Source: Diplonema japonicum (Eukaryota; Protista; Euglenozoa: Diplonemea). From it: a stretch of 64,000 nucleotides of DNA. Where the stretch lies: NCBI GenBank assembly GCA_964019335.1, contig OZ025649.1, positions 124,001 through 188,000 of the forward strand, written 5' to 3'. Under the pieces are notes generated by a model. The model was not told the origin of the DNA, did no database searches, and saw only the letters and a list, made by a program, of their open reading frames with translations. Below are positions 22,003-31,600 of this stretch, piece by piece. Numbering within the stretch: position 1 is the stretch's first letter; each line of letters begins with the position of its first letter. The translations under genes and the position numbers were made by a program.

Positions 22003-24671
22003 ATGAAAATGCGGCGAGAGGGTATTCTCGCTCTTATCTGCATGGCGTCGGCAGCCACTGGCGGCTGGACGGGGCCTGCGGGTGGGGGCTTCCAAGCAGA
22101 AGTGGATGCGTACGAACACGGCGTGATGAGGCTGCGGTTGAGGGAGGACGGGAAGACGAAGTACGAGGTAACAGACGTAGTGGTCGAGAAAAGTTTGGAG
22201 ACTGTGCAAAAGGAGGGGGATGTGTTCAGCTCGGGGGGCTCGAAGCTGCAGCTGAAGGGGACTGGAGCGGAGTTCCAGGGTGCGGGAGGTGCCATCAACT
22301 TCCAGGTCACGAAGGATAACCACGAAGACGACGCCATTGAAGCCACTTCCACCTTCCCTACAGCTGAGCGCCTCTACGGCATCCCCGAGCACGCTGTGGA
22401 CATGTCACTCCAAGAGGGCAAGTCCTACCGCCTCATGAACCTCGACGTCTACATGTACAAGCTCGACGACACAGGTGGCATCTACGGCTCCAAGCCTTTC
22501 ATGCACGCCCACGGCGCCAAGGGCACCGTAGGTTTCTTTTGGCTTAACTCTGCTGACTCTTCAGCTGAGATTTCCAAGCCCGCTGACGGTTGGACCTCGA
22601 AGTGGTCCTCGAAGGGCGGCATCTACGACACCTTCTTCCTCCCCGGTCCCACGCCGCAGGATGTCCTCCGCCAGTATTCCTACATCACTGGGAAGATGGC
22701 ACTGCACCCTTTGTTCTCGTTGGGGTACCACCAGTGCAGGTGGAACTACAGGAGCGAGGAAGACACGCTGCAGGTCGACGAAGGCTTCGACAAGCATTAC
22801 ATCCCTTACGACGTCATCTGGTTGGACATTGAGCACACCGACGGGAAAAAGTACTTTACATGGGACGCTCACAACTTCCCCAACCCAGAGAAGATGATCA
22901 ACACCATCGCCTCCAAGGGGCGCAAGGTCGTCACCATCTCTGACCCGCACATCAAGAGGGCTGCCGGGTACCACGTCCACGACACCGCCACCGCCAACAA
23001 CTACTACGTGAAGACAGAGTCGGGTGCTGACTACGAAGGCCACTGCTGGCCGGGGCAGTCTTCGTGGTTGGACTACTACAGCGAGAAGGTCCGCAACTGG
23101 TACGCCACCCTCTTCAGGTACGACATGTACCCTGGGTCAACGCCTGACCTGTACACATGGATTGACATGAACGAGCCTTCCGTCTTCAACTCCCCTGAGG
23201 TCACGATGGACATGAATGCTGTGCACACGCGTGACGACGGTTTCAAAGCCAAGCACAGAGACCTGCACAACATGTACGGCTTCTACCAGACCATGGCCGC
23301 TTACCAAGGGCTTTATGAGAGGACGCTCGGGGCGCCTCATAAGACCACATCCAGACCCTTCATCCTTTCCAGGTCGTTCTTCTCAGGGTCGCAGCGCTAC
23401 GCAGCTGTGTGGACTGGAGACAACGCGGCCGAGTGGTCGCACCTTGACAAGTCCGTGCCCATGCTCTTGTCCATGTCGCTGGCGGGGCTTCCGTTTGTCG
23501 GCGCTGACGTCGGTGGTTTCTTCAACAACCCTGAGCCTGAGCTGCTGGTCAGGTGGTACCAGCTGGGTACCTTCTACCCGTTCTTCCGTGGGCACGCCCA
23601 TCTTGAAACCAAGCGCAGGGAGCCTTGGCTGTTCGGCGAGGACAACACAGACAGCATCAGACGCTCCATTGTCCGCCGCTACCAGCTCATGCCCTTCATC
23701 TACACGCAGTTCTTCCGTGCCCACCTCATGGGTGAGTCTGTCATCATGCCTCTGTACTTCGCCTTCCCCAGCGACCCGAAGGTACTTGATATCGACAGGC
23801 AGCTCCTGGTATGTTCCTTTGTCCTTGCAACATGACACAGCTCGGAGAATGTATTATGGCCAAGCCTGTTGTCGCAGCTGGCATCACTGAGGTGACTATG
23901 TACCTCCCTGGTATGGTTGGGTCTCAAAGTAACGTGAATATGCAGGTGCCGACCCCTGGTTCAATCTGTACACGGGTGCAGCCTACGCGCCAGGTGGTGA
24001 CATCACGCTCCCTGCGCCCTTGGCGGACCTCCCTGCCCTGGTCAGGGGGGGCTACATCATCCCTAAGAGGGAGAGGGTCAGGCGTTCGACTTCTGCGCAG
24101 TTCTGGGATCCTGTGACGCTGCTGGTATGAAAGGCTTATTGTTTGCTTAACTTAACGATGGTCACAGATCGCTGTGGGGAAGGACGGCAGTGCAAAGGGC
24201 GACCTGTACTTGGACGACTCGCATTCGTTCGAGTACCAGCAGGGGGCCTTCGTCCACAAGCAGTACACCTTTGAGAACGGTGCACTGAACTCGAAAGATT
24301 TTGCCACAGACTCCGTCTACGCATCCAAGGTACCTTGTCTTCTTGACCTCACCCTCACTTCTAGTTCGCCTCGACAAAGACCTTCGAGACTGCTGTCACT
24401 GTAGAGCGCGTCGTGTTCTACGGGCTCGCTGACAAGGTATCGTTTTGAAAAAAAAAAAGGAAAAAATCCTGTATTCCTTGCACAGCCCAACCAGGCCACC
24501 GTCACCCTCGGTGGAACATCTGTAGCAGCTGGCATGACTTGGGACAGCGAGTTCAAGGTATGAACAGAAAACATGTCAAAAACTCCACCACAGACGCTTA
24601 CCATCCGGAAGCCCGGTGTGAAAGTGTCAGCCGATTGGACTATCAGCTTCGCTGGCCAAGAAGAACTTTAA
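22003..24671 (+). CDS. GANAB: ER glucosidase II alpha subunit (GH31), 7 exons
   Basis: Signal peptide plus GYHQCRWNY, WLDIEHTDGKKYFTWD, WIDMNEPSVFN, WTGDN and HLETKRREPWLF. Introns 23809-23840, 23911-23945, 24125-24167, 24330-24364, 24437-24485 and 24558-24593. Ends LTIRKPGV...GQEEL*. Confidence 0.93.
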
Positions 24672-25298
24672 ATGGTGCCACAGTACGAGGATAAGAGGGT
24701 AAAAGCCTTTCTCTGAATTTTTTTTTTCTTTTTGCGTACCCCTCCTTATTTTCCTTTTGTACTACCAATAAAAAAAAAAATGAACTAAAATAAAAAATAA
24801 AAAGTTGAGAGGCAACGAACTTCCGAGCCCTTTCGCTTTCCGAGTCACTTGCACGGGGGGGAGGGGAACTCTTCTTTTGTTTTTCTCCTTTTTTTTTTCT
24901 TTTTTTACAATATTGGGAGGGGAAGGTTATCCTTCCTGCTTTCCCAGAGAACGAGATTTTACCCCTATTTTTTTCCTTCTTCCACTTTCCTCTTTTGTAT
25001 ATTTTTTTTTGTTCCAAACCTTGTTACCGCTGATAGTAGCAAAAACAGGATAAAAAGAAAATATTTGAAAAAAAAAAAAAAAAAAAAAAAAAAAAGAAAG
25101 AAAGGGGTGACGTTAACAAAAAAAAAAAAACCTTTTTTTTTTCTTTTTTGTTCTTGTCCGAACCCCCTTCCAGTGTGTTTTTTTTTTTTTAGTGTGTGTA
25201 TTTCCCCCCCCAAAAAAAAAACACAAACACAAGAGAATATCACAAAACAATAAAAAGGATTTCTTACAAAGAAGGGAAAAAAAAAAAAGAAAAAAGAA

Positions 25299-25771
25299 AT
25301 GGGTAGGTCAGGCAAGGGATACAATGCACAAGAAGCACTGGATCAGTTAAAGAATGCAGGTGTGCCGAGAGGGATGGCGAGGGGTGTGGGGCTGGCGATA
25401 GGGGGTATTTTCCTGGCAGGGGCGGCGATGAACTCCCTGTACACTGTACAGGGTGGTTTCAAAGCCATAAAATTCAATATGCTCACCGGGTTGGACCCCC
25501 GCTCCTTCGAAGCCGGTACCCACGTGAAAATCCCGTACTTGGAAAAACCCATCCTATTCGATATCAGGCAGCAGCCCATCAGCATCCAGTCCAGCCAAGG
25601 ATCCCGTGATCTTCAAATTGTGAACACCACTGTCCGTGTTCTGTACAAGGCGAATGAGAGCAATCTCCCTGAGCTATACCGCACACTTGGGCAGAACTAC
25701 GCTGACGTTGTCCTCCCATCCATATCGAATGAGGTCTTGAAGTCGGTTATTGTATGCACCTCGGGTTTAAG

Positions 25772-25814
<43 letters not shown>

Positions 25815-26302
25815 GCAATACAACGCATCTGAACTAATCACACGACGACCTGAAGTCAGTGCAGCGATCACAAGCGAGCTTCAGGTGAGGGCGAAGGAGT
25901 TCTTCTTGGAAATCAGTGATGTCTCGATTGTATGAAAAGTGTAACAAACAAACAAAAAAAAAAAATTTTTTTTTTTCCCCGCAGGTTCAAATGAACTTCG
26001 GTAAGGAGTATACTGCCGCAGTAGAATCGAAGCAAATTGCGCAGCAGATGGCAGAGAGGGCCAGGTTCAAGGTGGAGCAGGCACAGCAAGAGAAGAAGGG
26101 TGTGATCATTCTTGCAGAGGGTGAGGCAGAGTCAGCGAAGCTCATCGGTAACGCCATCAAGAACAACAGGTCCTTCATCGACCTCCGAAGGATGGAAGCT
26201 GCAAAGGAGATCTCCAGCACCCTTGCAAAGTCCCCCAACAAGCTGACTCTCGATGCCGACGCCCTGCTCCTGAACCTCACCGCAAAGGTGTCTAAACAAT
26301 AA
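25299..26302 (+). CDS. PHB2: Prohibitin 2, 3 exons
   Basis: GSRDLQIVN, LPSISNEVLKSVIAQYNASELIT and EYTAAVESKQIAQQMAERA. Introns 25752-25812 and 25930-25984. Confidence 0.9.
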
Positions 26303-26490
26303 CAATCTTTTCCGTCTCAATACAAATTATCTTAGAGCACTGCACAAATACCAACACATAGGACGCCTAAGACGGGTTGGTTCTAGAATGGTGGCGAAAT
26401 TTTTTTTTAAAAAAAAAAAAGGGGGGTGGGAGGGGAGGGGGAAAAAATCTAAATCTGTGGTTGATGCCCAAATATTTTTTTCCCCAAGGG

Positions 26491-26531
<41 letters not shown>

Positions 26532-26556
26532 GTTTCCTTGTTCACGCCTCTATTTT

Positions 26557-26594
26557 ACCAACGATTCTAAAGCTACAGTTTCTGTACTTTATTG
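26557..26594 (+). ncRNA. Copy of the spliced-leader (mini-exon) sequence, nt 2-39, forming the 5' end of the retrotransposon
   Basis: ACCAACGATTCTAAAGCTACAGTTTCTGTACTTTATTG contains the conserved euglenozoan SL 3' block ACAGTTTCTGTACT(A/T)TATTG. It closely matches the 39-nt Diplonema SL as I recall it, lacks the first A, and is followed by GT. Confidence 0.92.
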
Positions 26595-26723
26595 GTACCC
26601 AATCTGATCCATGATCAATAAACCATATACAGAATTTCTTGTACCTTCTCGACCACCCCTCCTTCCAAGGAGAGGAACTAGGGGCTGGATATTGGGTTGG
26701 AATTAACAAAATCTCTATCAATC

Positions 26724-28502
26724 ATGGCTGGGGAACCTCCAAGTGGTGGCCCTGGGTCTTCTCCCTCAGGAGGAGAGCAAAAACCCCAGCAGGGGGCAGC
26801 ACCTTCGTGGGTGCAGGTAGCGCGGGCGAGACCAGGGAAGGGGAAGGTGGTACGCGCGGTGAGGGTAACGGCAGAGGCGGGATGGCCGAAGACACATGGC
26901 AAGCAGCAGCAGGAACGCTGGATGGACGAGGACGAGGACGAGGACGAAGACGAGAACGCCACCGAGGTGCTGAGAGTGGTATGGAGGCGACCGGCGGCGG
27001 GGGAAGGCTGGGAGCAGGTCGAGGCCGACGCGAGAGAGCACACGAAGAAGGTGCTCGGATCCATGGGGATCGGGACCCGAGGGCTGTCAGACCCGAGGGG
27101 CGAGGGGTGGGACGGCAAGCTCACCAAGATGGACCTCCTGGTCTATCTGTCGGCGAGCGACGCGAAGAAAGCGAAACAGGCCGGGGGTGCAGAAGGTACC
27201 GGTATGTACATCGAAGAACGAAGGAGGAGGAAGGAGGACGCGCCACCGTTGTGGCTAAAGACGTGGAGCGTGTCGGAGGCACGGAAGGCGGCGGGGCCCG
27301 AGGCAGCCATCATCAGCAACGGGAGGGGGGTCGGGCTGGTGATGGAGGAAGGGGAAGCAAGGACGCACGCGGCAGACAGGGCACGGGAGGCAGGGCTACT
27401 GGTGGAAGCAGGGGGAGCAAAGAAGACGAAGTACGACCTCCACTGCGTACCGCGCGGAGTAACAGCAGGGCAGGTGCAGGAGGTGATCCGCACGAAGGGG
27501 TGGGAAGGTGCGGAGGTGCTCCGGATGATCCCCAAGAAAGGGAAACAGCTCGCCATTATCCAGGCGGTTGTCCGACCCCCGTTCGGGGAAGTCCAAGTAG
27601 GAGAGAACCAAATGCCCTTGACAGAGGCATGGAAACTCCAACCGCTGCGGATGGTGGTGGCAAAAGGGGAGACGCGGAAGGACCCAAACGAGAACAACGA
27701 CACCAAGTACTCCAAGCCGGAGTTCCTCTGCTTCTATGGCAAGGACAAAGGCGAGGAGTACTGGGCAGCGGCGGACCCGAAGGCACAGCAGAAGCAGGAC
27801 CCGAAGGCACAACAAAAGCAGGACCCAAAGGCACAACAGAAGAAGGACCCGAAGGCACAGCAGAAGGGGCAGAAGGAACAGAAGCACAAACCGCAGAAGG
27901 AGAAGGGAAAGGAAGAGCAAAAGGAAGAGCAGATGCCGACAGGAATACAACAACAGATGCAGAAGCTGGAGCAGATCATCAAAGGGCTGCAAGAGGACAA
28001 CAAGAAGCTGAGGGAGACACTGAAGAAGCAAGCGCTGAGGCACAGGGAGCTGAGGGAGAAGGTAATCGCAACGAACCCAGCATCTCCAGCATCCCCGACG
28101 AAGAGGCAGAGAAGCGGGACACCTCCGGAGGCTTCACCATCACCGAGGAGGAGGAAGGCACAGGGATCGCCGAAGAAGAACACAGCCGCGTCCCCCACGA
28201 AACGGCCAAGGAGCGTGACACCTCCAGAATCCCGGTCCCCGACACCGATGGAGACGGACGGCACGCCATCCTACAGGCAGCCGACGAAGTCCTCGGAAGG
28301 GAAGGGCATGGATTCCCCCCAATCGCAGGCACAGAAGAAGCAAAAGATGCACACCCATGCGTGGTCGAAGGCGTACAAGGCCACCCAGGGGCAGTGCGCC
28401 TCATGCAAGACGCTGCTGAAGGGAGGGAAGGCAGCGGTGTGCACCCTGGAAACATGCAGGAGGGAACAGTGCTGCGCATGCATCGGAAAGGTGCTGAACT
28501 GA
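26724..28502 (+). CDS. LINE ORF1 (coiled coil, SP-rich tract, C-terminal Cys/His zinc finger)
   Basis: 592 aa from the first ATG after the SL. Coiled coil QQQMQKLEQIIKGLQEDNKKLRETL; zinc finger HTHAW...CASC...CTLETCRREQCCAC. Confidence 0.8.
   Translation: MAGEPPSGGPGSSPSGGEQKPQQGAAPSWVQVARARPGKGKVVRAVRVTAEAGWPKTHGKQQQERWMDEDEDEDEDENATEVLRVVWRRPAAGEGWEQVEADAREHTKKVLGSMGIGTRGLSDPRGEGWDGKLTKMDLLVYLSASDAKKAKQAGGAEGTGMYIEERRRRKEDAPPLWLKTWSVSEARKAAGPEAAIISNGRGVGLVMEEGEARTHAADRAREAGLLVEAGGAKKTKYDLHCVPRGVTAGQVQEVIRTKGWEGAEVLRMIPKKGKQLAIIQAVVRPPFGEVQVGENQMPLTEAWKLQPLRMVVAKGETRKDPNENNDTKYSKPEFLCFYGKDKGEEYWAAADPKAQQKQDPKAQQKQDPKAQQKKDPKAQQKGQKEQKHKPQKEKGKEEQKEEQMPTGIQQQMQKLEQIIKGLQEDNKKLRETLKKQALRHRELREKVIATNPASPASPTKRQRSGTPPEASPSPRRRKAQGSPKKNTAASPTKRPRSVTPPESRSPTPMETDGTPSYRQPTKSSEGKGMDSPQSQAQKKQKMHTHAWSKAYKATQGQCASCKTLLKGGKAAVCTLETCRREQCCACIGKVLN
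27774..27869 (+). repeat. 4 x 24-bp tandem repeat encoding DPKAQQKx in ORF1
   Basis: GACCCGAAGGCACAGCAGAAGCAG and three variants; most differences are synonymous in the ORF1 frame. Confidence 0.9.
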
Positions 28503-28600
28503 GGCAGGGGAAGCGCAGACCGGGGTCAGAGGAGGCGGAGGACTTCGCGAGACTCACGGTTCAGGGAATACAACCAAACCCTGGACCAGCACCCACGTAC

Positions 28601-31600
28601 ATGAACATATCGACGGTGAACGTAGCCTCCCTTCGCAACCAACTTGAGGAGGTCACAAAGCTGGACATGGACGTCATATGTACACAGGAGACAGCGCTCA
28701 CCCTGGCAGGCCAACAAGAAATAGAACGAGAGCTTGGCAAGGTGAAGCAGAAGAAGAAGTGGAAGCCGATGTGGGGGCCACCGCAGCCGGGGAGGAAGGT
28801 CGAGGGCATCGCATCGAACTGGGTAGCACAGAGGGGGGGACTCGCAACACTCATCCGAGAACCCAGGACCGCACTACCAGGAACACTGGATACCTCAGAC
28901 CAACCTGAGGAGCAAAGCCGGAGGTGGCTGCACACGCAGGTCGCGATCGACGGCAAGCGCAAATGGCTGCACATCATCTCGGTTTACTGCCCGTCGGGAG
29001 CAGGGCGAGAAGAAACGGCAAAGAGGGAGACCCTCCTCCACTACGTCCTGCAGAAGAAGACGAGGGAGCTCGGCAACGTACCCATACTCGTTGTCGGCGA
29101 CCTGAACACTGACGAGGACAGGTCTCCAGAACTGTGCAAGGCGCTGCAGACGGGCTGGACTGATGCAGCGGAGCTATGCGCAAAGATGAGAAGGGGCGAG
29201 CAACCAGAACCAACGTTTGTACGGGAAAACTGCGCCACACGGATAGACAGGATTCTGGCAAACCCAGAGGCGGTGCCGGCCATCACGGACTGCAGCGCAT
29301 ACAAGCTAGTCAAAGGAACCGACCACAGAACCCTCACAGTCCGACTACAACTCGATAGGTTCAGTCTGCAGGTACAGAGGTACATGCTGCCGAAGGGGCT
29401 GGAAGCAGCAGAGGAGCCGGCAGAAGGTCAGGGCGCAGAGGCTGTTGAAGCGTGTCATTTCCAGCTGCACTTGCGAGAGGGCCGAATCACAGAAGCCTTC
29501 GAAACACTCTCCCGATGCACAGAAGATCTCCTGATAGGACAACCGGTAGGGACTCCAGGGAGGGCAGCATACGTTGGAAGGGGCAAACACATAAGCACGA
29601 AGAACAAGAATGTGTGTGCACCGACAACAACAGGCTCGATCGGGGCGGCTACAATCATGCAGGCCCGACTGGAGAAGCTGAGGCTCAAGACCCGTTCATT
29701 ACGAGAGCAACTGGAACGGGCAATGGACGAGGGGAGCCTGAGCACGACCACTCTGAACACAATAAGGAATGTGAACAGAGAAGCAGCAGCAGCAGCAGTC
29801 CCGACGGAGCCAATACCGCAGGACACCTCGTTCATCGAAGACATGCTGGCAGCAACCCTAGACATGGAGGACGCCGTGGCAGCGCAAGAACGGAGGAAGA
29901 GGACCGAGTCGAACACGACGCGAAGACGGGAATACCTGGCTGAGGTGGCATCGGGAAGAGAAACGGCCAAGCTGGTGACAGTAGCAAGAGGAAAACGCCA
30001 GAGCGATGGGACCAGGGCAGTCAAGGATGGTAAGTTACTAGTGGCAGACCCTGCGAAGATCGACGCAGTCATGCGCAAAGCCTGGAAGAGCGTCTTCTCG
30101 AAGTACGAAAACAAGCCGGAACCCCCCTTCGCCCCCTTCAAGGCAAAGTATGGCAAGTTTATACAACGGCATGAGATGACGAAGACGCAGCTCACGGGAG
30201 CGAGGCTGAGAGAGGTACTCGCAAGGAAGAGCAAGAGAAGCGCAGCAGGCATCGACGGGTGGAGGATGCTGGAGCTACGCAAACTACCAGAGTCGGTGTT
30301 GGACGCCTGGGCTCAGCTCTTCCAAGCGATCGAAGCAACCGGGAGATGGCCAGAGGCCGTGAAGACGGCGCTGGTCACACTCGTACCAAAATGCGACGAC
30401 GCGGGACCGCTGGAGCACAGACCCATCACGGTGACATCAGCGGTGTACAGACTTTGGGCATGCACGCGACTGGCAGACATCCTTCTCTGGCAGGAGAAGT
30501 GGGTACACGACAAGCAGTACGGATTCCGCACAGGCTTCGGGACAGAGGACGCGCTAATGGACCTCGCCCTGGACATCGAGGAATCTCTACTCGAAGGGAA
30601 ACCGCTGGTCGGGGTGGCACTTGACTTTGCGAAGTGTTTCGACAGCGTACCGCAGCAACTAGTGATGGAGCTGGTGGAGGACATGGGCATGGAGACGGGC
30701 ATTCTAAGGGCGCTGAAGGGGATGTACGCGGGCATGCGGAGACGTTTCAGGTACGCCACGGGCGTTGGAGAGGAGTTCCACACGACAAATGGAATCCTAC
30801 AAGGGTGCCCCATATCTGTGGTACTCATCAACGCGTTACTGGCAGTGCTGATGAAACAGGTGGAGGACGGCACGGGGGTCCGCTCGCTGTCATACGCTGA
30901 CGACGCGTACCTTCTGTCACAACTCGCGGCAGCACTGCAGAAGGGGGTGGAGGCGGTGGAGGACTTCTGCAAAATGGTTGGCATGAAGCTAAACGTAAAG
31001 AAAACCAAAACCTTTACGACAGGCGCCAAGGCACCGGAAGTGAAGGTGGACGGTGAAGTGCTGCAGGCAGTGCGGACAGTGGAGGTGCTGGGAGCCAAGC
31101 TGCGGACGGACGGCCAGCAGCAATACAACAACGACAGGGCCAAGGAAGCGATGAAGACGTTGAGCAGGCTGGGGGCGACCCCGCTGTCCTTCCAGCAGAA
31201 GGCGCGGATCATCAGCTCCACACTGCTGCCAAGCTGCCTGTACGACGCCCCCTTCTCACCGCCAAGGACGGGGATGATGGAACTCCTGGTGATGGAGACG
31301 ACATACACGCTGTGGGGCCAGAGGTATCGCACGCGGAGCCCCGGCGCAGTACTCTCCGTGACACTACCAGGGCACACACACCACCCGAAGATGACAGCAG
31401 CCTACAAAGCACTGATGCTCATGTACAGGGCATGCAGGAAGGACGACCAACTGTGGGCACGCTGCAACGACATCGCAAAGCTGTACCGGGAAGGGAAGAA
31501 GGCGCTGGGCCTGGTGGGAAACCTGAAGCAGAGGTGGCTACCCATGGTGCAAGCAACCTGGGACCAGCTGAAGGACACCATGGCCATGGAGAAGGAGCGG

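Noticed and set aside
26557-26723. Functional SL RNA gene array, or an HDV-like ribozyme as in ingi/L1Tc
   Set aside because: Single copy, first nucleotide missing, and no T-run terminator or repeat unit. I could not build the HDV nested double pseudoknot by eye.
27540-27546. GGGAAAC slippery heptamer
   Set aside because: Wrong phase for a -1 shift out of ORF1 (it reads GGG AAA C in frame).
26639-28502. Dual-coding overlap: ORF2 frame is open across all of ORF1 (2064 aa ORF)
   Set aside because: Stops in that frame need T-ending ORF1 codons, which are rare here. Variation in the 24-bp repeat is mostly synonymous in ORF1 but non-synonymous in this frame, so it is probably a compositional by-product.
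30313-31377. Long antisense ORFs (also 17423-18376, 33268-34026 and others)
   Set aside because: Shadows of codon-biased sense genes; no motifs.
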